From a virus: a DNA stretch of 64,000 nucleotides. The translations under genes were made by a program, and so were the position numbers. Below the pieces are notes generated by a model that did not search any database, was not told the DNA's origin, and saw only the letters and a list, made by a program, of their open reading frames with translations. This document shows, piece by piece, positions 49,998 through 60,284 of this stretch (position 1 is the first letter of the stretch; every line of letters begins with the position of its first letter). Where the stretch lies: the UHGV virus genome UHGV-0176771. One strand, given 5' to 3'.

Positions 49998-51749
49998 CTA
50001 AAATGATATAGAAGAAATACATGGGGTAAAATTTGAAAAATCTGAAGAATAGGAGTCTGTGTTAAGATTTTTTTCTAATGTTCTTAATATGTGATAATTA
50101 TATCCCAAAGAACTATATCTATCTTTTCTCATACCAGATTTTTCCTTTATTTTAATGTTTGTTCCTTCTATCTTATGCTGTAAATTTATGAGTTCATATA
50201 TCAGCAATGTTGTTTGAATATATGGTGTTTTATATTTTAACTGTTCAAAAGATTGCATCTTTGAATATGACTTAATCTTGTCTCTTAATATTTCCTCTGC
50301 TTCAAATTCTGATACAAGAAGATTGATCTTCCCATTTTGTATTCCTGCACGAAGCATAACACACATCTCGTTATTAAAAGCAGCATTGGCTTTTATCGAC
50401 CATATACACGGATTTGCCGATTCGACTTTACATCTTTCTGCCATGTCTTTATCATTACAACAAGTAAGAGCTTTATATACATCACCTGTTTCTTGATCTA
50501 ACTGATTCTTTATAATAAAATCATATACACCTAAACCAGCTCCATTTGTATCAATTACCAAATCTGTACATTTATACCTATAGAACAATCTCATGACAAT
50601 AATTCCTAATTCATCAGTTGTAAGTCCTTCATGATTTTCTAAGAATACAATATTCGAAATGTACTCATTACTTTCTGTTGGAAGAGCACTATTAATTAAA
50701 ATTGAACTTGCATCATTATTCTTTGATTTACTAGAACCCATTAATGCAATATCTACAGACATAATTCTTTTTTCATTAAGGGCTAAGTCTGGTATTTTTT
50801 TATTTTTGAAAAAATGTGTCTCCATCGGTGTTTTTATTTTTCTACATTTAGATAAATCATCAAATGTAAAAAACGAACCGTCTGTATCACCAAACCATAA
50901 ACATCCCATCTCCATATCAAAAGATGTTTGATCAAAGTCTTGCTCAGAAAATTCATCTTCAACCTGTTCTTTTGATAATAAATTTTCTTTGATTGCTATT
51001 TGATACGGTAGTCCGCAAATAAAATATTTTTTACTATTATCTAAAAAATTTACGACATATGCTTTCGCTTTTTCAAATGACCAATGAGATTTATACCATG
51101 CGCTGGACATAAATATTTCTTTATTACGCTCAGTTAGATGAGAATATTTTTTTATATTTAAATATCCTGGGGTACGCGGAGCTGTTAAGAATTTTCTAAG
51201 AACAGTATTAATGACATTTAAATCAACCATACGAAATTCGTCTACAATTAGAATATTTGCACGTGCGCCTCGTCCACTGTCAGATGCAGTTACAACCCTT
51301 ATCCATGACCCATTTTTAAATTCAATCACTGCATTATTCGCACCAACTGATTTGTACCCTATTTCATTATTTAAATTATCTGAACCCCATCCATAGTTTT
51401 TACAAAAATCATCGGTTATTTTCAAAAGGACTTGATTCGCCTGTGGTCTTGTTGAAGAAGCAATACATATCTTGCTTCCCGGGAATAATATGCAACGAAC
51501 GACGCAGAATAGAGCAGTAAGCCATGTTTTACCCTGACCACGACTTGCAATATACATAAAATAATTATTGCACATCATTGCATATAGCAATATCTTTTGA
51601 AATAATTTGAGAGTTATATTTAAATAATCTTTACAAAAACGTTGTGGATTTTTTCTGTAAAAAGCTGCCCAGTAAGCAACACCGTTCATTAACCTTTCAG
51701 CTTTCTCATTTGCAACTTCTTGTTCTGTCATTTTTCTCGATGTAGCCAT
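49998..51749 (-). CDS. Terminase large subunit (583 aa)
   Basis: Walker A ASRGQGKT and Walker B ILIVDEF in the N-terminal ATPase; C-terminal nuclease domain. Confidence 0.85.
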   Translation of the reverse strand: MATSRKMTEQEVANEKAERLMNGVAYWAAFYRKNPQRFCKDYLNITLKLFQKILLYAMMCNNYFMYIASRGQGKTWLTALFCVVRCILFPGSKICIASSTRPQANQVLLKITDDFCKNYGWGSDNLNNEIGYKSVGANNAVIEFKNGSWIRVVTASDSGRGARANILIVDEFRMVDLNVINTVLRKFLTAPRTPGYLNIKKYSHLTERNKEIFMSSAWYKSHWSFEKAKAYVVNFLDNSKKYFICGLPYQIAIKENLLSKEQVEDEFSEQDFDQTSFDMEMGCLWFGDTDGSFFTFDDLSKCRKIKTPMETHFFKNKKIPDLALNEKRIMSVDIALMGSSKSKNNDASSILINSALPTESNEYISNIVFLENHEGLTTDELGIIVMRLFYRYKCTDLVIDTNGAGLGVYDFIIKNQLDQETGDVYKALTCCNDKDMAERCKVESANPCIWSIKANAAFNNEMCVMLRAGIQNGKINLLVSEFEAEEILRDKIKSYSKMQSFEQLKYKTPYIQTTLLIYELINLQHKIEGTNIKIKEKSGMRKDRYSSLGYNYHILRTLEKNLNTDSYSSDFSNFTPCISSISF

Positions 51750-52790
51750 TTAAAAATCCTCAAATTTCTCATCATTTCCGAAAATAGCATCAAAAAGTGC
51801 TTCATTATTTTCGTCATCTTTATATTCTGGTTTTTCAACGGTATATTTTTTCATAAATTTATTATACAAATTAGATAATCCATTTTTTAATCCCATCATT
51901 TTTGCTAAATGACCTTTGAAAAATACATCGATATATAATCCAATTTTATCTACGTCTTCTAATTCTGGATCAATATCCGGAAGAGGTTTTTCATTTTCCC
52001 ATTTTTGGATTAACGTTCCAAGAGTTTGTGCATCTGATAATGCATTTGTGTTCTGACATGGTTTTAGATTAGCTGTATCAAGATAATTTTGAAATGTTTT
52101 ATCAAGTTCTTTTGTATCTTTTCCTGCACGAGTGGTTTTTAGTATCTCTAACTGTTTGAAACAAATTCTTTTAAATACTTCTTCTTGTGTTTTAGTTTTA
52201 CACTCATGACGACTTGTCCAATCGTCATATTGCTCTTGCAAATAATCATAGTCATCATCTGTAAAACCTGTTCCCCAAAATTTTACAGTCTTTATTCTTA
52301 TTTTTGATTTATTTTCTTTTAAATCATCAATGTTTTCAATTACATTGCCCTTTCTTTCTTCGTCTAATGTTGTATCAAAAGTTTTTCCCGCATACTGTCG
52401 TAAGTTAGATTTCGAAATGTAATTATGGATTCGAGATCTTGTTTTTGTAATTTTTCTACTTGCGTTTAATAGACTTACATCGTAATAAATATCATATTTT
52501 TGACAAATTATACGTATTGCCATATCTTCATCTCCACCATAAGCTTCAGTATAATGTTCAAACAATCTGTCAAGACATTTTCTACATGTTGAAATATGAT
52601 AATCCCATCCGGAGTATAATTCGCTTTGAGATGCAGGAAAATTGCCATCTAAGTTTTTATACGGTGTCCCACAAACTGTACATTTATAAAAATCTGGTTC
52701 GTCTGTTTTGGAATATCGTATTTTTTTAACAGAGGTCGTGTCTTTTGGTGTTGTTATCGTTAGACTTCTTGTTGATTTTTCTTCTGACAA
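51750..52790 (-). CDS. Putative small terminase / zinc-ribbon DNA-binding protein (346 aa)
   Basis: Immediately upstream of terL with abutting stop/start. Cys cluster CTVCG...CRKC. Confidence 0.4.
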   Translation of the reverse strand: MSEEKSTRSLTITTPKDTTSVKKIRYSKTDEPDFYKCTVCGTPYKNLDGNFPASQSELYSGWDYHISTCRKCLDRLFEHYTEAYGGDEDMAIRIICQKYDIYYDVSLLNASRKITKTRSRIHNYISKSNLRQYAGKTFDTTLDEERKGNVIENIDDLKENKSKIRIKTVKFWGTGFTDDDYDYLQEQYDDWTSRHECKTKTQEEVFKRICFKQLEILKTTRAGKDTKELDKTFQNYLDTANLKPCQNTNALSDAQTLGTLIQKWENEKPLPDIDPELEDVDKIGLYIDVFFKGHLAKMMGLKNGLSNLYNKFMKKYTVEKPEYKDDENNEALFDAIFGNDEKFEDF

Positions 52791-52831
52791 AATTTATCCC
52801 TTCTTTCTCAACTAATTTATATATTAATAAA

Positions 52832-52902
52832 AGCTCAGACCCAGATTTGAACTGGGAACAATTGATTACAAGTCAATCGTTTTTCCATTAAACTATCCGA
52901 GC
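52832..52902 (-). tRNA. tRNA-Thr (anticodon TGT)
   Basis: Manual fold: acceptor GCTCGGA/TCTGAGC (one GU pair), D-stem GTTT/AAAC, anticodon stem ATTGA/TCAAT with loop CTTGTAA, T-arm CCCAG-TTCAAAT-CTGGG. Confidence 0.75.
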
Positions 52903-52945
52903 ATAATAATAGGACGGCAGTAGCACCGTCCTGTTTTATACATAT

Positions 52946-53863
52946 TTACTGAGCAATAATCCCAGCAGTTCTGAGACTTGCCAACAAAGCATTAAGTTTA
53001 TCTTTTACATCTGTATCTCCAGCGTCTGTAACTGCAACGCCTTTTTTTGGCAATTCAGTTTTTGTTGCATATTTCTTATCTGCATCAACTGTCTTCATAT
53101 ATGCAGTAAGAGCATCAGATCCAATCTTAGTTTTCAGTGCATCTCCAACAGCTTTTGCATCCGCAGCTTTTCCTTCCACAGCAAGTGTTTTGTCAAGTTC
53201 AGCTCCTGCACCAGTTGGATAAGACGGAACGAATAATTTTCCTGTTGCAGTGTCAATTGCAACCTCCACTGTTTCATTCGTTTTTCCTTTTGCTTTAATT
53301 CCACCAAGAATTTTATCAGTTGCCTGTGGAAGAGTATAAGAACTTCCTGTCGGAATGTTAATTGTTTTTTCAACAGAACCGTCATAGTAATCTGTTACTG
53401 CACCTGTAAATTTAATCTTTTTAGGATTTGGAAGTGTAGTCGTAGTTTTTGGCAATGCACCTACTTCTGCAGCTGTATAAGTAGGTTTTGTTTCTGCTTT
53501 TGCCCATGCCGGTACAGTTGGATCAGTTTCTTTTGTAATATAAGTACCTTTCTTCTGAATACCAAGATCGTCCAAGGTTTTATTTCCAGTTAATTCAATT
53601 CCGGAAATTTGTGGCTTATTTGTTAATGCAGTATAATCAAGAGAAATATTTCCGCCTGAACCACCAATTGCAGGTTGCTCTACCCATTTCTTGCCAGACT
53701 CGTTATATTTATACACTGTACCAGTATCAATTTCTTCATATGTGCTTCCATTGGTAATGTATGTTGTTTCGATAAATTCAACAGGTTTTTCGTCTGTAGA
53801 TAATCCAGTAATCTCTAATACATTACGATTCATGTCGCCACCAATTTTCTGTAATGTTACCAT
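52946..53863 (-). CDS. Fiber-family protein (about 306 aa from MVTLQK...) sharing C-terminal motifs with the 40276..40683 protein
   Basis: TYTLPQATDKILGGIKAKG and KDKLNALLASLRTAGIIAQ parallel the motifs in the 135-aa protein. RBS GAGGGAAAATA-ATG. The track ORF start (53965) is probably too far upstream. Confidence 0.5.
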   Translation of the reverse strand: MVTLQKIGGDMNRNVLEITGLSTDEKPVEFIETTYITNGSTYEEIDTGTVYKYNESGKKWVEQPAIGGSGGNISLDYTALTNKPQISGIELTGNKTLDDLGIQKKGTYITKETDPTVPAWAKAETKPTYTAAEVGALPKTTTTLPNPKKIKFTGAVTDYYDGSVEKTINIPTGSSYTLPQATDKILGGIKAKGKTNETVEVAIDTATGKLFVPSYPTGAGAELDKTLAVEGKAADAKAVGDALKTKIGSDALTAYMKTVDADKKYATKTELPKKGVAVTDAGDTDVKDKLNALLASLRTAGIIAQ

Positions 53864-53993
53864 TATTTTCCCTCGCTTTCTTTTTTCTATTTTCTGCCGA
53901 TATGAAACCGGCATTTCTTTTGAAAGCCGGAATTTAAAATGACTCTTACCGCCGTGAAATGGCAATGTCTTAGCCTCTTGACCATGGAGCCGT

Positions 53994-54024
53994 ATACAAA
54001 AATAGGAGAGCAGTATTGCTCTCC
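53994..54024 (-). terminator. Rho-independent terminator after the 54026..54502 gene
   Basis: Hairpin GGAGAGCA-GTAT-TGCTCTCC, followed by TATTTTTGTATAC on the minus strand. Confidence 0.55.
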
Positions 54025-54025
54025 A

Positions 54026-54376
54026 TTAATCTCTTAAATCGATTTCTGTCAATTCCACATAGTCATCTTCGTGTGTGATTCGTAGATAATCACTTCCTTG
54101 AATTAATTTTCCATCATGCTTTTTTACAATATCTCTCATATAGTCAAATGGATGAATATGTGGAACTACCTTTTTATAATCTAAAAAAGTAATATCATAG
54201 TTATCATCCATATGTATATATACACATTTAATTGTGGGTATGATCGAATATTTATTTTGAAAATTTTCTATATCACACAGAAAATTTGTATTCCGTTCAT
54301 CTAAGATTTTTGACTCCAAATCATGAACGTCAATTGCAATCATTTTCACATATCCTGTTTTAACTAGTCTTTCCAT
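54026..54376 (-). CDS. Hypothetical protein (about 116 aa from MERLVKTGY...)
   Basis: The track ORF 54026..54502 overlaps the integrase; the internal start has GGAGG 11 nt upstream. Confidence 0.45.
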   Translation of the reverse strand: MERLVKTGYVKMIAIDVHDLESKILDERNTNFLCDIENFQNKYSIIPTIKCVYIHMDDNYDITFLDYKKVVPHIHPFDYMRDIVKKHDGKLIQGSDYLRITHEDDYVELTEIDLRD

Positions 54377-54464
54377 AGCTATGCATACCTCCGGTGCTGT
54401 GATTTTCAGAAACAGTATAACATAGAATGAAAGAGTAGTGAGCTGGTAAATTATGGAATTAGAG

Positions 54465-55583
54465 TTAAACAAATGCATCATCAGCATCATCAGAATCTTC
54501 ACGAATTACATATATTTGGGTAGTTTCGCTTGATTCATGCCCCAATAATTTCTGAGCTGTTTCAAGTGGGCGATGATTATACACAACTAAATTAGTTGCC
54601 CTACTTCTTCGGAGTCCGTGTGGAGTAAGCCTCTGTCCAACAATTTCTGAAAATTCATTAATGCACCAATCATTGAACACACCTTCACTTACTTGTCTTG
54701 TTTCACCATTTTTTTGTTTAATTACAAACATATAAGGACAATCGTCTTCTCCACGAACTTCAATCCATTTTTTTAAAGCAACCATCACATCTTCGCCAAA
54801 CTGAAGCTTTCTGATTTTCCCAGCTTTACTTCGTCCTTTACATCTAATATCATGAGTTTTATATGAGACAGATTCTACTTCTTGCTCTACTCCATTTTCA
54901 TCGATTATTTTTACCATTTTTCTTTTTGGCTCATAATTGATTACCTCTTTTAGCAACTGCCTAGATTCCGCGCGGCGGCAGCCTGTGGAATATGTATATT
55001 TTACGTAAGCTAATTTTTGCCACTCCTCACGTTTTTCTAATTCATTACATAGATAATCAATTTGCTCAGGAGTCAAAGGCTCTTTTGAAAATACTTTTCC
55101 TGTTTTTGGAACCTGCATTTCCGCAGTTACAAAATTACGAAAAGTTGGATATTCATCCTCATAAAAATTTTCGATAAATTTATTCATAGCACTAACAGCA
55201 GATTTTTTAAATTTAATTCCGGATTCAGAAAAGCCTCTATTTGCAAGCCAATTCATATATCTAAGAAACTCTTTCTTTTTAATATCTATGCACTTTTTAT
55301 CTCGTAAATTATTTTTCACCCAAAGAAAAAATATTCTTAAGGCTGATTTGTACGCATTTATGCTTTTAGGTGAAAGATGTGTTTGATTGTTAAGATAATC
55401 ATCAACCATTTCCCTGTTAAATTCATTTACTGTTAACCAAATTTCATCTGTAATATCTTCTGATCTATTTGCTATCTTTTCATTCAAAACATCACTTCCT
55501 TTTTGAAAAACTATATTTTGGAGTTTCTTACGATTTTCGTCAGGAGATTCCTGCTTTACAAATCCATAACCTACTATCTCCAT
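54465..55583 (-). CDS. int: Tyrosine site-specific recombinase / integrase (372 aa)
   Basis: Catalytic motifs ...TPHGLRRSRATNLV... and ...LLGHESSETTQIYV... (R-H-R-Y tetrad context). Confidence 0.85.
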   Translation of the reverse strand: MEIVGYGFVKQESPDENRKKLQNIVFQKGSDVLNEKIANRSEDITDEIWLTVNEFNREMVDDYLNNQTHLSPKSINAYKSALRIFFLWVKNNLRDKKCIDIKKKEFLRYMNWLANRGFSESGIKFKKSAVSAMNKFIENFYEDEYPTFRNFVTAEMQVPKTGKVFSKEPLTPEQIDYLCNELEKREEWQKLAYVKYTYSTGCRRAESRQLLKEVINYEPKRKMVKIIDENGVEQEVESVSYKTHDIRCKGRSKAGKIRKLQFGEDVMVALKKWIEVRGEDDCPYMFVIKQKNGETRQVSEGVFNDWCINEFSEIVGQRLTPHGLRRSRATNLVVYNHRPLETAQKLLGHESSETTQIYVIREDSDDADDAFV

Positions 55584-55919
55584 ATGTGTAATTTCAGATT
55601 ATTCCGAACCTAGTTTTTATAATTGATATGCAATTTCCAATATTCGCTGTTTGGCGATTAATCTTGTCATTAAACTAACGAGGGTTTTCGCCATATTATA
55701 AATAGTACTAATAAACGTATTGTATTATGTGATTATTTCTAATATCTTATCAGAGCTATAATAGGCATCTGAATCTTCTACCACCTTGTTTCGCAAATAT
55801 TTAAAATTCTTGACTCCCCATATTTTCCCCTTCCTGCTTTCAAGCATAACAAAAGAGAGTTTTAAGACTACTTCGTGCAAAATTTTAAACTCAGCCAAAG
55901 TTTTCTTTAAACTGGTTCG

Positions 55920-57776
55920 TTAAATAAATCTATCAATAAAGTCCTCTACCATAGGGGCAAGATAATTGTTATCCCAGTCTTGATTAGGATGTAAGCCATC
56001 AAATACAGGATTTGAAGCAGACCCCCCTCGTAACGTAAACATATCTTTGAAACTTTGAATATAAGGTCTAAACCCACTATTATGTGCTAAATCGAGATAT
56101 GGTACTCCATAGTAGTCATATCTGTCGATTAAAGCATTGACGTATTCTGATGTGTCATTCTGCGAAAGCTCTGAATACATCCCTATTGGCAGAGGAAGCA
56201 TTGCCACAAGCCTTGCTCTTGGAAAACGCTCAATCAAAGTTTTTACAGAATAATCTACCGCAGAAATAAAATTGGCTGTCTTATCCCCTGTTACAGTTCC
56301 AACCGGTATTCCTTGCAAGAAGTCGTTGATTCCTGCGAAAATAATTATCATGTCGTAGTTTCCATCGCTCGGATAATTGTCTACACGGTTACAGATGGAA
56401 TCTTTTCCAACAGCAGTAGTAGTTGGTTGAACAATAAAACCACTAGAAGATATTGCGTCTTTTGTCATATCAAAGCCTAATCTGTCTGCAAGAATATCAT
56501 CCCATTTTTTCCACATTGGATTATTTTGCCCATTTTCTTGTAATCCACGATAGTTGGACGTACTAATGGAATCTCCTATAATAAGCACTTTCTTTCCTTC
56601 CCATTTTGAAGCTCTTAACTTATAAAGAGATAAATCGTATGGTACTGTAATCTGATTAAATTCGTCATATCCATACATAGTTTCTTCGAAAGTAAGCATG
56701 TATTTTACTGTTTTTTTTGCAACCAAAAAAGATGGAATAACATATTTAGCACTGTTTGGAATATTATAAATAGTATTTATTATATCTCCACCACCACCAT
56801 TATTAATTGCTCCGCTTCCTTGAATATATTCTTTATTCTCATCAAAAAATACAAGTGAGTACCATGTATTGTTAGGTACGCCGACATCATCACACCCATA
56901 TACGTTGATTATTTTACTTTTTGAATCTAACGAAATCATTTCTGAAACAGTAGAAAATCCACTTGCTTTTTTATACACTCCGTCTTTTCCATAGTAACCT
57001 TCGATGATCTTACTATTATCAAGCTTATTCGTACTTGTAACTAATATATTGTTTACGCTGCCGCTAGCTTCTCCGTATTCAAACCAGTTTGGTTTTCCGC
57101 TTTCATCAAGCGTTTTTATTTTTAACGCATATCCAGCTTTGGCGTTAGAACCATCTTTAATAGCATCTATAGTTTTTAACTTTTCTACAACATTTGGTGG
57201 TTCTACTTCTTTATACGCTTCATAATTCGGTGTATCATCTCTATCAAATACCAGCATATAATTTGGTCTGCTTCCGTATTTCACTATGACAAATCTTGCA
57301 TATCTAGCATTTGACGGAACAGATATGGATTGTTGAAGTGCCATATCACCATTGTTTTCATAAGAAATTAACACTTTGTCTATTGTATAGAAAAAAGTTC
57401 TAAAACATCCGCCAACAGGAACTCCAGAAACATCACATGTATAGAAATTTACCTTTTTAACATTCTCTAAATTTATAAATGGTGTTACTCCATAGCTTTC
57501 GGCAGCTGTTGTTTCACTCCCATCAGAGGTAGATAAATTTTTAGACCACTCTAATTTTGTAGCGTCGCAATTATTAAGCCCAACGGTATTTTGAAAAAGT
57601 TCGTGCTGTTTCTTTAACCATTCCTTTAAAGTAGATATATCATATTGATTAGTCCGTACCTGATTACTGCTCGTTGCAATCTTTTCATGTGCCTTTTTCA
57701 CCCCATGCTCCAGTTTATTCATCTTCTCTGACGAGATTACATCACCATCGCTCCATAATGTTGAATCATATTCCAC
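55920..57776 (-). CDS. Fiber-family N-terminus fused to an SGNH/GDSL hydrolase domain (618 aa). Candidate receptor-modifying esterase/deacetylase tail spike
   Basis: N-terminus MEYDSTLWSDGDVISSEKMNKLEHGVK. SGNH blocks VLIIGDSIS, IIFAGINDF and DGLHPN. GTG start immediately after the G9A8 tract. Confidence 0.65.
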   Translation of the reverse strand: MEYDSTLWSDGDVISSEKMNKLEHGVKKAHEKIATSSNQVRTNQYDISTLKEWLKKQHELFQNTVGLNNCDATKLEWSKNLSTSDGSETTAAESYGVTPFINLENVKKVNFYTCDVSGVPVGGCFRTFFYTIDKVLISYENNGDMALQQSISVPSNARYARFVIVKYGSRPNYMLVFDRDDTPNYEAYKEVEPPNVVEKLKTIDAIKDGSNAKAGYALKIKTLDESGKPNWFEYGEASGSVNNILVTSTNKLDNSKIIEGYYGKDGVYKKASGFSTVSEMISLDSKSKIINVYGCDDVGVPNNTWYSLVFFDENKEYIQGSGAINNGGGGDIINTIYNIPNSAKYVIPSFLVAKKTVKYMLTFEETMYGYDEFNQITVPYDLSLYKLRASKWEGKKVLIIGDSISTSNYRGLQENGQNNPMWKKWDDILADRLGFDMTKDAISSSGFIVQPTTTAVGKDSICNRVDNYPSDGNYDMIIIFAGINDFLQGIPVGTVTGDKTANFISAVDYSVKTLIERFPRARLVAMLPLPIGMYSELSQNDTSEYVNALIDRYDYYGVPYLDLAHNSGFRPYIQSFKDMFTLRGGSASNPVFDGLHPNQDWDNNYLAPMVEDFIDRFI

Positions 57777-57780
57777 ATTT

Positions 57781-57798
57781 CCCCCCCCCTTTTTTTTA
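57781..57798. repeat. Homopolymer C9T8 (G9A8 on the coding strand), 4 nt upstream of the GTG start of the SGNH fiber gene
   Basis: Read directly from the sequence: ccccccccctttttttt. Confidence 0.8.
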
Positions 57799-57943
57799 GT
57801 TATATCTTTAATTCCTTTTGTGGAAAATAATTGTTTATCAAAATAATACAGACCTGAACTTCGTTAGCCCGTCTAAAACACAAAAAAGACCCGTAAGCTT
57901 TGACACCTACGGATCCTAAAACAATCATATATCAAAAAGATTA

Positions 57944-58579
57944 TTACAATCCAAAAATACGAAGTAAATCCATCATATCATCATGATCAACACGTTCTGT
58001 TGAATAGAATGAAACAGAATGATAACCATCGTCATCACTTTTACTAACAGAAAAACCATGTAAGTCTTTGTTATCTACACAATCATCATCCAACAAAAAA
58101 CCATACTCATCATTGTCATCATACTCGTCGTACTCATCACAGAAGATACATCCATCACAATCATATTCCATATCATCTTCATCATTCTCATCATACAAAT
58201 GCACTTCATATGCATAGTCTGCTTCAAATTTAGAGAGGACTTTCGAGTTGCAGTCATCTAATACATATACAATAGAACTGCCAGAACCGATGTAATCACC
58301 GTTACGTTTTGCTGGCTCACAAAAGATTTTATCTTCAATAATTTCAATCAAATATTCATCAGTATATCCAGCAAACTCCGGATCATGTAATTCGCATAAA
58401 AAAAGGGAGAAGTCCATTGTACATAATTCCGAAACAATGAGACTTGCCTCATCGTATTTAGCAATAATAGAAACAATATTATTGTCATAGTTTGATTCTA
58501 GTACATCATATGTATCTACAACATCTTCACATAATTCATAGATATTATCATATGTTTTCTTAATCATTTCTTTTTTCAA
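57944..58579 (-). CDS. Highly acidic protein (211 aa; Asp/Glu/Tyr/Cys-rich); candidate DNA-mimic / anti-restriction-like protein
   Basis: Composition only (for example DEYDEYDDNDEYGFLLDDDCVD). Confidence 0.35.
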   Translation of the reverse strand: MKKEMIKKTYDNIYELCEDVVDTYDVLESNYDNNIVSIIAKYDEASLIVSELCTMDFSLFLCELHDPEFAGYTDEYLIEIIEDKIFCEPAKRNGDYIGSGSSIVYVLDDCNSKVLSKFEADYAYEVHLYDENDEDDMEYDCDGCIFCDEYDEYDDNDEYGFLLDDDCVDNKDLHGFSVSKSDDDGYHSVSFYSTERVDHDDMMDLLRIFGL

Positions 58580-58597
58580 ATAGACACACCGCCAATC

Positions 58598-58876
58598 TTA
58601 AGCATTTACTTTATCTTTTAATTCTTTTCCTGCTTTAAATTTTACATTTTTAGATGGCTCAATGTAAATTTCGCTTCCGTCCTGTGGATTTCGTCCAGTT
58701 CTTCCAGCTCTTTCTCTTACTTCAAAACTTCCAAATCCGACGAACTGTACTTTATCTCCAGCAGTAAGTGCATCTGCAATTGAATCAAGAGTTACAGCAA
58801 CAATCTCTTTTGCTTTTTCCTGTGTTACTCCGTCTACTTTTTCTGCAATTGTTTTAATTAAATCTGATCTTGTCAT
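58598..58876 (-). CDS. hup: HU-family DNA-binding protein (92 aa)
   Basis: GFGSFEVRERAGRTGRNPQDGSEIYI matches the HU arm motif GFGxFEVRERAAR-GRNPQTGE-I. Confidence 0.85.
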   Translation of the reverse strand: MTRSDLIKTIAEKVDGVTQEKAKEIVAVTLDSIADALTAGDKVQFVGFGSFEVRERAGRTGRNPQDGSEIYIEPSKNVKFKAGKELKDKVNA

Positions 58877-59077
58877 TTTATAATCTCCTAACTTTTTAAG
58901 TATTTTGTAAAATTTATTCTTCGGAAATAATCCCGATTTTTTTCATATATTCTGTCTCTAAATCTATAATTCTCTCAATATCTGTTTTGGGATATTGACT
59001 TTTATCCATGATATAAGAAACAAGTTCTTCATAATCCAATACTGGCAATTCATCTTTGTATTCAGTTATATACCTTA

Positions 59078-60277
59078 TTAATGAAATTTAACATCATATA
59101 CACAATCTAATCCGTTGTCAGTAATAACAGAAATCAATTGCTCTGGTTTATTCTGCAATCGATTATCCAGACAATAGTTATCTGTTCCAGAAATACAACC
59201 TGATTGTAAAATTTTCACATTATAAACAGTAGACATCGCATTTACATGACGATGACCCATATATAAAATATCTGGACGTATTTGTGTCATAAGCGATAGT
59301 TTCTGCACAACCGTTTTAGGGTCATCTTTATCTCCATGCACCGCAAAAATCTTTGTTCCTCTAACAGAAAACATTGCAATTGATTCATCAATTTTATTTT
59401 CGTGAAATTCGATATTCTTAAAGTTCTGCAATTTGGCTTGCAAAAATGGAATAGCGAGACAGTCCATGTTCTCACCTTTTAAAGATTCTTCCTTTTTCGC
59501 ATGCAACCTAGAATGATTTCCAGGACAAACATAAACATGAACTTCATTAAATTTATAACTAAGTTCAGATAAAAATTGTGAAATACAATCCGATACGGAT
59601 AAGAACTGCTCAATTAGATTTTGATTACTTTCAATACGAAGTGAGTTGTGAATTAATCCTGAAATCAGTTCACTTAGAATTACATGAATATTTTCTGATC
59701 CATGTCGCAAATAAACTTCAAAAATTTTGTCCAGATATTGTCTAAATCTGTCATACATAACATCTGTATTGTATTTATTGAACCAATTATTAATTTCTAT
59801 TCCGGCGTGAATATCAGTCACAGAAATCACCATGTCATTATTTGAATTTAAAATTCCTGTGAACTGCTTATATTTATCATAATACAGAGGCTGACCATGA
59901 TATTCTGAAATCGCTCTCAAAATTTGTTCTTTATAAGATTCTTTTCGAGCCTCCTCACGAATTAATCTACGATATTCATTTCGTTCATCGCGTGTCTTGA
60001 CACGTTCTTTTTCCAAAAGAATTCGTTCTTCTTTTAGTTCTTGCAACTGTGCAGCACTGTCTGTAAATTTTGACTGGTTTGCATCAAGAACCTTTTGAAA
60101 ATACTGAACTTTTTTTCTGTAAGCAGATTCAGTGTAATTACAGTTAAGAAGATCGTTTAGAACCGCAGCAACATCATTCCATGTGCCGATATTTTCTTTA
60201 TCATTACAGATTCTAAGAATTAACTCATCGTCACTTTCACCATCAAATCTTTTATAGTTATGTACTATAATGTCCAC
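59078..60277 (-). CDS. Calcineurin-like metallophosphoesterase with an N-terminal coiled-coil extension (399 aa)
   Basis: Motifs VTDIHAG (DxH), CPGNHS (GNH), AVHGDKDD and MGHRHV (GHxH). Confidence 0.7.
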   Translation of the reverse strand: MDIIVHNYKRFDGESDDELILRICNDKENIGTWNDVAAVLNDLLNCNYTESAYRKKVQYFQKVLDANQSKFTDSAAQLQELKEERILLEKERVKTRDERNEYRRLIREEARKESYKEQILRAISEYHGQPLYYDKYKQFTGILNSNNDMVISVTDIHAGIEINNWFNKYNTDVMYDRFRQYLDKIFEVYLRHGSENIHVILSELISGLIHNSLRIESNQNLIEQFLSVSDCISQFLSELSYKFNEVHVYVCPGNHSRLHAKKEESLKGENMDCLAIPFLQAKLQNFKNIEFHENKIDESIAMFSVRGTKIFAVHGDKDDPKTVVQKLSLMTQIRPDILYMGHRHVNAMSTVYNVKILQSGCISGTDNYCLDNRLQNKPEQLISVITDNGLDCVYDVKFH

Positions 60278-60284
60278 CTACTCT

